Positions 1-8,952 of a DNA stretch of 64,000 bases are shown here, in pieces. Below the pieces are notes generated by a model, which was not told the DNA's origin, searched no databases, and was given only the letters and a program-made list of their open reading frames with translations. Position numbers and translations under genes: made by a program. Within the stretch, counting starts at the first letter, position 1. Each line of letters starts with the position of its first letter. Source of the DNA: a virus (Duplodnaviria > Heunggongvirae > Uroviricota > Caudoviricetes); IMG/VR virus record IMGVR_UViG_3300029288_000054, positions 1-64,000 of that record; one strand, given 5' to 3'.

Positions 1-24
1 CTGAACTTGAAAACACATCGAAGG

Positions 25-53
25 ATTAATGACCTGTTTGTTCGTGCTATAAC
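25..53 (+). promoter_or_regulatory. putative promoter, RTTRAH-N17/18-TATAAY with GTGC extended -10
   Basis: ATTAAT-17nt-TATAAC with CGTGC immediately before the -10; same motif recurs 7 times upstream of gene starts. Confidence 0.6.
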
Positions 54-68
54 TATTCGGAGGTCCCT

Positions 69-410
69 ATGAGAATCGAGACGCCCGAAGATTTCTTAGA
101 ACGTCTGCTGAAAAACCTGATGCGTTTGCCGCGTTCAAGGCGACCGATAAAGGTTGAAATAGACTTAGATTTTCTGATTAAGCTCTTCGAACAGCAGAAC
201 GGTCGTTGTGCATTCACAAACGTGCCGATGACGACCTATTACGGCATCGAAGCTATCTGTATCGACCGTATCAGCTATAACGACGGTTACATTCCTGACA
301 ACGTACATCTCATCTGCCAGTGGGCGAGCCACGCCAGACACCACCGTTCGCTTGAGTCGTTCAAGCTCGCTCTCAACCACTTTCTTACCGCCAATCAGAA
401 AACAACGTGA
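69..410 (+). CDS. HNH/His-Me finger endonuclease-like phage protein
   Basis: QNGRCAFT...CIDRISYNDGYIPDNVHLIC matches the common phage SIDRIDxxxGYxxxNVxLVC family; GGAGG RBS. Confidence 0.6.
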   Translation: MRIETPEDFLERLLKNLMRLPRSRRPIKVEIDLDFLIKLFEQQNGRCAFTNVPMTTYYGIEAICIDRISYNDGYIPDNVHLICQWASHARHHRSLESFKLALNHFLTANQKTT

Positions 411-416
411 CAGATT

Positions 417-626
417 ATGGACAACTATTTCCTTACCAACTGTACTAAAGACCGTGCTCCATTGATGCTTGAAGTAGCAGCAGAACTCGGAATCAAGATG
501 CATACCGAACCGGCCTACGATGTTGACGATAACTTGCTCACAGAGCATATTGCTATTCACCTTGATGAAGGTCTTGGCAATATGACGGAATTTTGGGCCA
601 AGATGGCTGAGAGGCGGCAGAAATAA
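417..626 (+). CDS. hypothetical protein
   Basis: ORF tightly packed in co-oriented run. Confidence 0.6.
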   Translation: MDNYFLTNCTKDRAPLMLEVAAELGIKMHTEPAYDVDDNLLTEHIAIHLDEGLGNMTEFWAKMAERRQK

Positions 627-628
627 CA

Positions 629-874
629 GTGTATACTGGCGACCCTTATCCTCTGACAGATAGCAAACACCATTTATGGCGAGCTTGGTGTTCTGAATGT
701 GGGGAACCATTAAGAGTATCGGCCAACGTATTATTTAGGGATGACGGAAGTATCAGACCGCTCTTGTGTGATACATGTTTTCCGCATACTCCTCCGGCTG
801 GCCATAATATGTTTAAAGATGACATGAGTCCTTGGCAAGAGAACGCAGTTAGATATATGGAAGACGGATCATGA
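629..874 (+). CDS. hypothetical protein, two CxxC (Zn ribbon-like)
   Basis: CSECG...CDTC; stop overlaps next start (ATGA). Confidence 0.6.
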   Translation: MYTGDPYPLTDSKHHLWRAWCSECGEPLRVSANVLFRDDGSIRPLLCDTCFPHTPPAGHNMFKDDMSPWQENAVRYMEDGS

Positions 875-1056
875 GAGACATAGCACCCCGTGCACGTATT
901 GAAGATGATCGCAAAATAGTTGACGAGCTTTGTGTATGTGGCCATTTGAAATCGAACCACGACACAAGCGGCTGCAAACAATTCAACTGGGTTTCGTTCA
1001 AGCTAGAAGACGGCACATTCTGGCCAGATCCGTCGCCAATCGTGCCGAGAGGTTGA
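871..1056 (+). CDS. hypothetical small Cys/His protein
   Basis: CVCGH...H...C; coupled start. Confidence 0.55.
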   Translation: MRDIAPRARIEDDRKIVDELCVCGHLKSNHDTSGCKQFNWVSFKLEDGTFWPDPSPIVPRG

Positions 1057-1058
1057 CC

Positions 1059-1316
1059 ATGTTATATCTTGTCGTTTCTGTAGCAGTTGAAGACAAGTAT
1101 GTCACCATCAACCTCGCTGCTGGTGATACACACAGACAACTAAAGAACAAAATGGTTTACAGTGTGCGTTGCCGTCGCAGCTATGGTGCCGTGCAGTCTT
1201 TCGATTGCATAAAGCGTATCAAAGCTGGTGACCGAATATGGCTAGATCCAAAGACGATTGTTAATGCTGCCGAAGATGATGAAATAGACCAACTGCTCAG
1301 AGAACTCGATAAATGA
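1059..1316 (+). CDS. hypothetical protein
   Basis: ATG at 1059 after GAGG RBS (in frame with track ORF 930-1316); ATGA overlap with next gene. Confidence 0.6.
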   Translation: MLYLVVSVAVEDKYVTINLAAGDTHRQLKNKMVYSVRCRRSYGAVQSFDCIKRIKAGDRIWLDPKTIVNAAEDDEIDQLLRELDK

Positions 1317-2143
1317 ACCAACAAGTTATCAAACCTGCTGTCGATTATCTCAATTCACTCACACGTAAGCACGGAACCGGACAAGAACATAATCAAGTTC
1401 GATATGGTCTTGGCACAGGGAAACGACAGAAAGTTGAAGACAAAGACACTAACAGGTTGAACAGCAGATATGCTAAGAATCTGGGGCGAGAATTGCTGGA
1501 GGGCTGGTTAAACGCACAATTTACAACACAGATATACTTTGTGCCATTCCAAACGCCAGAATGGCCTCGCCCGCCGCTAGATTTTTGTGATCAATCCGGT
1601 AAGATTATCTGCTATGTAAAGTACACGAGCCATGAGTTGAGATCGCTCGACCTTTCGATCATGAAAGGTATCGCGTTCCCTGAATGGATACGCGAGAACA
1701 TGCACTTAGCACTTGGCCAAGATGGACTTCCAGGCGAAGACTTCTTCATATGTGCTCTTATGCTTTACGTAGATCAATTCGGCGATTGTATTTATACGAG
1801 TGTGCGAAGAGCAGATTTAGCAATCGCTGGTAATCTGTACCTAGAACAAACGACGTCAGCCTGTGTTCATTTTGGTAGAATCCAATCAGCAGAAGAACGT
1901 CTTCAAGGCATAGATTTTAATTTCGATGATGCACAATTTTTGCCCTACAACTATTGGCACTACATTGGTAGGATACCAAGAGAGAAAATGGTAAGTATTT
2001 CAACGTCGTGGGCAGCAAAAAACGGCACAATAGCTTATCCCGCTGAGAATTTGATAACGCCACCGATACACCAATTAGTACTACCTGGGCAGCCTTGGCA
2101 GATGGACGAAGATACTCCGGCCAGATACATTGGTCTAGATTAA
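1313..2143 (+). CDS. hypothetical protein
   Basis: 276-aa ORF, coupled start; no motif confidently recognised. Confidence 0.7.
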   Translation: MNQQVIKPAVDYLNSLTRKHGTGQEHNQVRYGLGTGKRQKVEDKDTNRLNSRYAKNLGRELLEGWLNAQFTTQIYFVPFQTPEWPRPPLDFCDQSGKIICYVKYTSHELRSLDLSIMKGIAFPEWIRENMHLALGQDGLPGEDFFICALMLYVDQFGDCIYTSVRRADLAIAGNLYLEQTTSACVHFGRIQSAEERLQGIDFNFDDAQFLPYNYWHYIGRIPREKMVSISTSWAAKNGTIAYPAENLITPPIHQLVLPGQPWQMDEDTPARYIGLD

Positions 2144-2168
2144 TAGTTCCCGCTCGCCGTGCTATAAT
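2139..2168 (+). promoter_or_regulatory. putative promoter (shared consensus)
   Basis: ATTAAT-18nt-TATAAT with CGTGC. Confidence 0.6.
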
Positions 2169-2173
2169 CACCT

Positions 2174-2419
2174 ATGAACCTGATGCAGCTACAGGCTTTG
2201 GTATCTTATCCATCGAATACCTCGAAGGGTGGGAATATCTACTACGAATACCACGACACGGCGATAGCCGACGAGTTGGTCGAAATGGGGTTGGTGGTCG
2301 GTAGCTATGCTCACGGCAGTGGCGACCACCAAGCCTATAAACGTTCAAAGAGGGGCGACCAGCTTGTAGCAGAATTGCTCGCCTTCTCTAACAGATTAAT
2401 GGAGGAAATTGTTCCGTGA
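2174..2419 (+). CDS. hypothetical protein
   Basis: ORF starts 5 nt after the -10 (possibly leaderless). Confidence 0.55.
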   Translation: MNLMQLQALVSYPSNTSKGGNIYYEYHDTAIADELVEMGLVVGSYAHGSGDHQAYKRSKRGDQLVAELLAFSNRLMEEIVP

Positions 2420-2724
2420 TGACCATTAAACCCGGCTACTGCGCTTGCGGCAAACCACTCCATTATGTCAATAAGGATGTGGAGAAAATCGTCAGGCGAT
2501 ATGCCGAAAAGCTTGGTGAGATGGTCGAAATCACGGCACCCTCTGGGACGTTTCTCGTGCAGCGCCACTACATCGCTTTGCATGGAGTTGAAGCGAAAGA
2601 CCTCAACAGGCTAGCTATCGACGGTGTGGTCGAGAGAACGTCGAAGAAGCCACTCCACGTTCTAACTCCGGAAGAGATAATTGAACTCGAAAATTGGTGC
2701 GGGCGAAAGAAGGAACCATCGTGA
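2416..2724 (+). CDS. hypothetical protein
   Basis: GGAGG RBS; CACG motif. Confidence 0.6.
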   Translation: MMTIKPGYCACGKPLHYVNKDVEKIVRRYAEKLGEMVEITAPSGTFLVQRHYIALHGVEAKDLNRLAIDGVVERTSKKPLHVLTPEEIIELENWCGRKKEPS

Positions 2725-3047
2725 TTGTCGCCATTCTTAAAGAAATCCACTTCGTCATCAACGACGAGAAACACAGCGTAGCCTACGCTAAACGTTCAAT
2801 GGCCTGTGCTGGCGTCCCGAGGAATCCTTCTTCGCATTGGAAGGCCGTGATCGGTCAAAACGAAGATGATGTCAAGACCAAGCTGCGGGCACAAGTTGTT
2901 GAATTCTTGCAACGGATGAACCTCGACCCCGCAGACTTCGAATTTAGTTATCGCCATACTGATGTAGACGAGTTTGGCCAGTTTTGGTTGCTTGGCGATG
3001 ACGGCGGCATATTTTCCGGTCGTCATAGCGTAGCCCCGAGAGGTTGA
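2721..3047 (+). CDS. hypothetical protein
   Basis: GTG start overlapping the previous stop, AAGGA RBS. Confidence 0.55.
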   Translation: MIVAILKEIHFVINDEKHSVAYAKRSMACAGVPRNPSSHWKAVIGQNEDDVKTKLRAQVVEFLQRMNLDPADFEFSYRHTDVDEFGQFWLLGDDGGIFSGRHSVAPRG

Positions 3048-3050
3048 GAA

Positions 3051-3320
3051 ATGAGTGTATTAGCTTGTGATCGACGTAGCTGCCCGAACGTCATGTGCGA
3101 CAGGCTTATCCTCAATGGTACGAGATATATCTGCAACGAGTGTTGGGAAGAACTGGTCGAATATAAGGAGACTTGGCAGCCACCAATGACTCCCTTGGAG
3201 ATTGAGAATAAAATCAGGGAGTTTATGGGTACCAGCCCCGGTGCCCATAAAATGGTCGAAACAGAATGCGATATCGACGTTGAATTTCAACGTCTGACCG
3301 GGAACCCGATAGAGGGGTAG
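3051..3320 (+). CDS. hypothetical Cys-rich (Zn-binding) protein
   Basis: CDRRSCPNVMC...ICNEC; GAGG RBS. Confidence 0.6.
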   Translation: MSVLACDRRSCPNVMCDRLILNGTRYICNECWEELVEYKETWQPPMTPLEIENKIREFMGTSPGAHKMVETECDIDVEFQRLTGNPIEG

Positions 3321-3330
3321 CCATGAGATA

Positions 3331-3360
3331 ATTGACGCACTTGCAGCAATGTGCTATAAT
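3331..3360 (+). promoter_or_regulatory. sigma70-type promoter
   Basis: TTGACG-17nt-TATAAT with GTGC extended -10. Confidence 0.7.
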
Positions 3361-3361
3361 A

Positions 3362-3391
3362 AAATGCACCGGGAACGTTCCCGGTGCATTT
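3362..3391. repeat. perfect 30-bp palindrome (operator or 5-prime hairpin)
   Basis: AAATGCACCGGGAAC|GTTCCCGGTGCATTT directly after the -10. Confidence 0.9.
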
Positions 3392-3412
3392 ACTATTTCA
3401 GGAGATATTATC

Positions 3413-4009
3413 ATGATCGAGCTAACTGATTACCAGAAAGATCTTCTCAAGCAGCTTGAAACGAGCGGACTAAAGCTCACAATCGAGCCAATTGAAACCG
3501 GCACCAGCAAGTCTGATCTCAAGCGGCGATTGCTTGAGTTGGCTGAAAGTGGAGCAGAGAGGCCAGGGACGTCGGAAGAGAAGAAACGACGGTTGCTTGA
3601 GTTGGCTGAAAGCGGAACAAAAAGACCAGAAAAATCGGATAAATTAGGCATAGCACTGACCAGATATTGCAGTGGCGGCTGCTACGACTATAGCTTCGAT
3701 AAGTTGATCCGTGGTTTGCGTCCAGACTGGTTTATTCCTACAGCTACATCAACTAAGGCCGAGCTATTGAAGTTAGCTGAGAGTGGCGCATCACGCCCGA
3801 GTAGCAGTGCATGGGCCAAGTATCAAGAGAATCCTTTACCTTCTGGGACTGTTGAGGAAGCAGAACACGTGGAGGACGTCTATGATGCCGCTATCAGAGA
3901 ACAGCGTCTTGGTCGTGCGTTGATTAACTACACAAACAAGAGTCGCAAGACGTACGATGCAGAATTTGACGCGAAGGTTCGTGCATTACGCCCAGATTGG
4001 TTCAATTGA
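3413..4009 (+). CDS. stand-alone protein made of ~2.5 copies of the repeat found in the adjacent helicase
   Basis: LLELAESG.KRP...LG..L..Y...YD..FD..IR.LRPDWF repeats; GGAG RBS before ATG 3413. Confidence 0.8.
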   Translation: MIELTDYQKDLLKQLETSGLKLTIEPIETGTSKSDLKRRLLELAESGAERPGTSEEKKRRLLELAESGTKRPEKSDKLGIALTRYCSGGCYDYSFDKLIRGLRPDWFIPTATSTKAELLKLAESGASRPSSSAWAKYQENPLPSGTVEEAEHVEDVYDAAIREQRLGRALINYTNKSRKTYDAEFDAKVRALRPDWFN

Positions 4010-7000
4010 TGCTAACTATAAATCCAACTATCACTGTTCGAAGCAATATTCTTGCTGGTAAGATTGTAACGCAATCTGTTATCTTGGATGAGAAGGCAGA
4101 CAGATCCAAGATAGTTCTGCGTCAATATCAATGTGGTATGATCAACCACATGAAGCAGAATCGACTTACATTAGTTGAATCGCCAACCGGTAGTGGCAAA
4201 ACCAACGTAATGCTTTCCTATACTGCTTTCGTCAGGCAGCACAAAAAAGTCGTCATTATCACGCCGCAACTCGGTATCAACCACAATTTCACCAAATACA
4301 CCAAAGGCTGTCACTGGTGTGCTATTGAAAAAGATGAAGAAGGAAGGGAAATAACACGATATACCTTATGCAAGAATAGTATCAGACAAGATGCAATGCA
4401 AAAATCTGAGTCTATGAAACTCTTCTTGAATAGTGTCAAGGGAACAATCCGTGTTTCGAGTTATAAAGCATTCGATCTAGCTCTTGATGATGAGACTATT
4501 GATTTATCTGATGTCGTCTTACTTGTCGATGAAGTCCATCATAGTGATGTGAAGGATGAGAACTTACTTGGTTCGATTATTAGAAGGTGTGTTGATAGAT
4601 GTGCTGAGGTCCACGCCTTCACAGCTACCGACTTTCGCAGTGATGGCGGTCAACCAACACCAGAAGAGTTTAGTCGATTTCGACGACTTCTGAAAGAGCA
4701 TTACCAAGAAGGTTGCTGCCCTGATTTCGATGTAGCTGTTCGATTTTATCACGCTGTGAATAAGTCTGACTTCGATCGATTGGCTGCAACTGAGGATATA
4801 TCAAATAAGCCTGATTTGTTGGATGCTATGAATTATCCTGAGTTGTTGAAGGCATACGTCGACGAATACAAAAGGAGCCCTTTGCCGACAATTATGTATG
4901 TTGATGGTGCTAAACAGGCATTCGATTTGCAAAAAATCCTATTTAATAAATGTAAAGGCGTCAGGATACTCAATTTTGGATCTGATGACGGAGAAACTCT
5001 CGTCTCTAATGTGAAGAAGATGCGTACAGCTAAGCTTGACGCACTCGCTGACGCGCCCAGGTGCTATGATGTTGTTATAGCGATTAAGTTATTTGACGAA
5101 GGCATGGATTGGGTTGAATGTGCTCAGACATTCAATCCACGGCTCACCGGGTCTCTACAGCGGTTTGTCCAGCGATGTATTGGTCGTGCTCTGCGACACA
5201 AAACAAACCCGAAGCATCTATCACCCAATCTCTCTAGGGTTGTAATCTTCGAAGTAAGTCTGGCTGATGAAGATCAAGATGTTGTTAAATATGCCACTCT
5301 ACAGGTGGTTATCAGAATTAAGGCTATTTGCAGTGGTTTGGACTTCACTGATACGTTTACATTGGTTTTACCGCAACGACATCGTGCTGAGGTCGATAAA
5401 GAAAGAGCACGATTTAGGCTGCAGATAAATTCGCTGCAGAATAATGAAATCATACAGCGAATTCTGCGTGCGTCTACTGTTCCTGGAACATCTTCTGATG
5501 AATTAATCAAAATGTTTCACCAACTCTGTGCCAAGCAGGGCTTCGCAATAACTCCGATTTTTGCCATCAGCTTATTGATGCAATGTGATGTCATTGATAA
5601 GAATGACCGCATTGCATTGGAAGAGATCATCCGTAAGCGCGATAGACGCCTTAGTAAATTATCGTTTAGCGAGTTCATGAATGACCCAGAAATCAAGGAA
5701 GCAATCAAGAAACTGAAAGTGATCGGCGTCACAGATTACTTTCAAGTCATTAATGGTATGGATGGTACTGATGAGGTCGAGAGATTATTGATCCGACTCA
5801 ACGCGAACTCAATGAGAGAGAACAAGAAGAAGTTTATAGAGTCGGCAAAGAACGGAGGAAAAAGACCAAAGAAGCGTTCAAAAGATCCCGAGGAGAAGCG
5901 TCTAGGTGGGGTATTCGATAGTTATACGAGGGAAAGCCAAAGAACATACGATCCAGAATTTACTGACGAGATCCGTAAAATAGCTCCACTCTGGCTTGAA
6001 AATCCGACAGCCATGAGAAAACAAAAGTTGTTGGAGATAGCAAAGGGCGGAGCCGAAAGACCGAGCAAACGTTCAAAAAACCTAGCGGAGAGATGTTTTG
6101 GCTTGGCGCTCTGTACTTATACAAATCGGAATGGTCGATCGTACGATCAGGTCTTTGATAAACAGATTCGTGCTCTTCGACCAGAGTGGTTTGTAGATAC
6201 GAAAGCACTGACCAAGGCAAAATTGCTGGCATTAGCTAGTAGTGGTGGTGAAAGACCTATACAACCGACAAAACTAGCGGACAGACTATCTTCATATACA
6301 CGTGAGAATAGTGGCTGCTACGATCAGGAATTCGTTGCTAAGATTCGTGCTATTCGCCCAGAATGGCTCATTCCCAATATAGATCTGAATAAGGATAAAC
6401 TACTAGAACTGGCAGCAAACGGTGCAAAGAAGCCTAGGACCACTAGCAAGCTTGGGGCCGCGTTTTTTAGATATACCAACAAGAATATCAACACATATGA
6501 TCCTGTTTTTGCTGAGAAGATTCGTGCTACCTGTCCTGATTGGCTCGTTAACAGTAAAGATCTAAAGAAAGACAAATTGCTAGAACTGGCAACAAACGGT
6601 GCGAATAGGCCCAACCAATGCTCGAAGAATCGAGAAGAAAAATTGTTGGGAAGCGCGTTGTCTGCCTATACCAACGCCAAAGGCTCTAAACGCGATCCAG
6701 TTTTCAATAAGGAAATTCGTACTCTTCGCCCAGATTGGTTTGAGCCGTTGGTGTCGAATAAAACTGAATTGCTTGATATGGCCAAGAATGGAGGGAAAAG
6801 ACCACGTGGTGAATCTAGAGACCCAAAAGAAAGATTATGGGCTGGAAGGCTATTCAAGTATTTGGTAGATGATCCGTCTTTCAGTGAGCAGATTCATGCT
6901 CTCCGTCCAGATTGGTTCTGCCGTACTATAGCCAGCACTACAGCAAACAAGCAAGTATTATTAGAGTTGGCAGAGAGTAGAGATAATAAGCCGTCTTTTG

Positions 7001-7953
7001 TGTTAAATGACTCAGCAGAAAAGCGATTGGCACGTCTTTTCTATTGTTATACTAACGAGAACTCTAAAGCATATGATCCGATTCTTGCTGAGAAAATCCG
7101 CACTCTTCGTCCGAAATGGTTCATCCATAATGCAGATCTAGACAGGTCTAAATTGTTAGAATTAGCAAAAAGTGGCGCAAAGAAGCCAAGTACCTTCTCA
7201 AAAGACCCAGAAGAGAAGCGATTGGGAAATACATTATATAGATGCACCACTAAAGGTGCTGACTATAATTCTGACTTTAATAAGGAGATTCGTGCCCTCC
7301 GTCCCGACTGGTTCGCATATAAGAAGAGAATCAGGCGTGGCAAATATGCTGGCCGTAATGAATATCGTGAATTCTTGGTCAAGGCTCTGAAATATTACGG
7401 TATTACTTCTTTCTCTGGCTGCGAATTCTGGACTCTCGGCGGCAGAGAATGGTATGAGTACAAGCACCTTGTCGATGCCGGTATCGAACTAAAATGCAAT
7501 TCTTACCACAATGTCGACAAGGGAACAATCGATAAGGCACCAGAAGGAGCCTGTGCTCACTCCAATCGCGAATTCTTGACTATCCACAAGTTATGGAAAC
7601 GATGGCAGAATCCACGTGTCATAAGCTACGACGCGACCATCGGGATGGTTGAATCAAGAACAGAATACTGGCAGGAGTTGTGTTATCTTGCTATCGCTGC
7701 CGCCAAGAAATCAGGATGCATACTGTTCTCATGGAACTTCTTGGAAGGCTACGCACATTCTTCATATGAGCCGATTGCAAAGGGCGTTTATAAGCAATGG
7801 CTGCAATCGTTGAAGGGATTTGCCGAATCGGAAGGACTACAGATCGATTTCTATGCTGATGGGCAGATTACTAAACGCCCAACATCCCAAACACCTATGC
7901 TCGCTGGATGCTGTAAGTTGGTTAAGGTTGGCTTGGCATTGAAAGTTGGTTGA
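4009..7953 (+). CDS. superfamily 2 (DExH) helicase/ATPase with 8 C-terminal ~60-aa repeats and an extra C-terminal domain
   Basis: LRQYQ Q-motif, SPTGSGKT Walker A, LVDEVHH Walker B, FTAT motif III, LFDEGMD motif V, QRCIGRALR motif VI; TGATG coupling to the upstream gene. Confidence 0.85.
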   Translation: MLTINPTITVRSNILAGKIVTQSVILDEKADRSKIVLRQYQCGMINHMKQNRLTLVESPTGSGKTNVMLSYTAFVRQHKKVVIITPQLGINHNFTKYTKGCHWCAIEKDEEGREITRYTLCKNSIRQDAMQKSESMKLFLNSVKGTIRVSSYKAFDLALDDETIDLSDVVLLVDEVHHSDVKDENLLGSIIRRCVDRCAEVHAFTATDFRSDGGQPTPEEFSRFRRLLKEHYQEGCCPDFDVAVRFYHAVNKSDFDRLAATEDISNKPDLLDAMNYPELLKAYVDEYKRSPLPTIMYVDGAKQAFDLQKILFNKCKGVRILNFGSDDGETLVSNVKKMRTAKLDALADAPRCYDVVIAIKLFDEGMDWVECAQTFNPRLTGSLQRFVQRCIGRALRHKTNPKHLSPNLSRVVIFEVSLADEDQDVVKYATLQVVIRIKAICSGLDFTDTFTLVLPQRHRAEVDKERARFRLQINSLQNNEIIQRILRASTVPGTSSDELIKMFHQLCAKQGFAITPIFAISLLMQCDVIDKNDRIALEEIIRKRDRRLSKLSFSEFMNDPEIKEAIKKLKVIGVTDYFQVINGMDGTDEVERLLIRLNANSMRENKKKFIESAKNGGKRPKKRSKDPEEKRLGGVFDSYTRESQRTYDPEFTDEIRKIAPLWLENPTAMRKQKLLEIAKGGAERPSKRSKNLAERCFGLALCTYTNRNGRSYDQVFDKQIRALRPEWFVDTKALTKAKLLALASSGGERPIQPTKLADRLSSYTRENSGCYDQEFVAKIRAIRPEWLIPNIDLNKDKLLELAANGAKKPRTTSKLGAAFFRYTNKNINTYDPVFAEKIRATCPDWLVNSKDLKKDKLLELATNGANRPNQCSKNREEKLLGSALSAYTNAKGSKRDPVFNKEIRTLRPDWFEPLVSNKTELLDMAKNGGKRPRGESRDPKERLWAGRLFKYLVDDPSFSEQIHALRPDWFCRTIASTTANKQVLLELAESRDNKPSFVLNDSAEKRLARLFYCYTNENSKAYDPILAEKIRTLRPKWFIHNADLDRSKLLELAKSGAKKPSTFSKDPEEKRLGNTLYRCTTKGADYNSDFNKEIRALRPDWFAYKKRIRRGKYAGRNEYREFLVKALKYYGITSFSGCEFWTLGGREWYEYKHLVDAGIELKCNSYHNVDKGTIDKAPEGACAHSNREFLTIHKLWKRWQNPRVISYDATIGMVESRTEYWQELCYLAIAAAKKSGCILFSWNFLEGYAHSSYEPIAKGVYKQWLQSLKGFAESEGLQIDFYADGQITKRPTSQTPMLAGCCKLVKVGLALKVG

Positions 7954-8143
7954 TGGTATCTGAATATTTTCCAGTAAACGACCAAGTGCACCTAAACAGG
8001 ATAATATAACAGCGATATTAAATTGACACGGTTGTATGGCATGTTCTAATGGAATATGCAAATATCCAGATACAGATATATTTCAGAAGCAATTGTAATA
8101 TCGGACGGCTCTCTTGGCAGATTCCGTGAATATTTACGGATCA

Positions 8144-8173
8144 GTTAACTGTGTTATTGAGTCGTGCTATAAC
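8144..8173 (+). promoter_or_regulatory. putative promoter of the RAMP-like gene
   Basis: GTTAAC-18nt-TATAAC with CGTGC; imperfect palindrome TCCGTGAAT/ATTTACGGA at 8123-8140 just upstream. Confidence 0.6.
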
Positions 8174-8223
8174 CGATTTGGCGAGTTTTGGTACTATCTC
8201 TTTAGCTATGAAAGGTTTGTGGT

Positions 8224-8904
8224 ATGGTTAAGCTTATCGAAGCTATTGTGTACGATTTCCGGCTTACTGGTGTCACACCGTTATTGATGCATGCTGACAG
8301 CATCGACGGATGCGATGAACTCGAAGCGTGGCGCAAAGAGCCACGTCATAAAGGTGTCAGCAAAGCTGGCGATGATCGGTCCCCCCCGTGGACCTGGATC
8401 GTGCATGTTTGCAACGACGGCACGAACATCGCATTGCCATGGGATTACCTCTCGAAGTGCTGCTGTGTTGCCGGCGCAAAACTGATTGTCAAGGGAAGGA
8501 CGACGTTCAAGTCGGCCACCCAAAGCGGCATTCGTTGGAACGACCAGTTCTACGACTTCCTTGTGGCTGGCAAGCAGGTGGCGATGGCGGATATCTGGAA
8601 GCTGCGGGAAGATGATCTGACGTTTGCGGAACAGAAGAAAGCTGTTCGTGAAATGGGCTTCGATCTGTTCGTGAAACGCGCTAGGGTCGGTCAGAGCAAG
8701 CACATCCGCGTTCGTGCCAAGTTCGACAAGTGGGAGGTTCGCGGCAAGTTCTGTGTTTCGATGCCAGAATTGACTGCAGATGTGCTGCAGCAGATCCTTT
8801 CCATTGCTGGTCAGAATGCCGGTCTCGGCGATTGGCGTCCTGGTGCACCTTCGTCGCCCGGACCCTACGGCATGTTTACTGCCGAGGTAGCCAAGGTGAA
8901 GTAG
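8224..8904 (+). CDS. stand-alone RAMP/Cas7-like RNA-binding protein (putative Vipr-like effector)
   Basis: N-terminal strand YDFRLTGVTPLLMH, IALPWDYLSKC helix motif and C-terminal glycine-rich loop AGLGDWRPGAPSSPGPYGMF follow the RAMP pattern; directly precedes the repeat array. Confidence 0.7.
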   Translation: MVKLIEAIVYDFRLTGVTPLLMHADSIDGCDELEAWRKEPRHKGVSKAGDDRSPPWTWIVHVCNDGTNIALPWDYLSKCCCVAGAKLIVKGRTTFKSATQSGIRWNDQFYDFLVAGKQVAMADIWKLREDDLTFAEQKKAVREMGFDLFVKRARVGQSKHIRVRAKFDKWEVRGKFCVSMPELTADVLQQILSIAGQNAGLGDWRPGAPSSPGPYGMFTAEVAKVK

Positions 8905-8914
8905 TTGACCTGTT

Positions 8915-8952
8915 TTGGCTGGGGCCATTGCTGGCCCCAGCCAATTGTTTTT
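8915..8952 (+). terminator. 13-bp stem-loop with T-rich tail between the RAMP gene and the array
   Basis: TTGGCTGGGGCCA-TTGC-TGGCCCCAGCCAA followed by TTGTTTTT. Confidence 0.7.

Noticed and set aside
1045-3047. Shared CCGAGAGGTTGA at the ends of two small genes (both end PRG)
   Set aside because: 12 nt that include the next gene's RBS and a stop codon; explained by translational coupling
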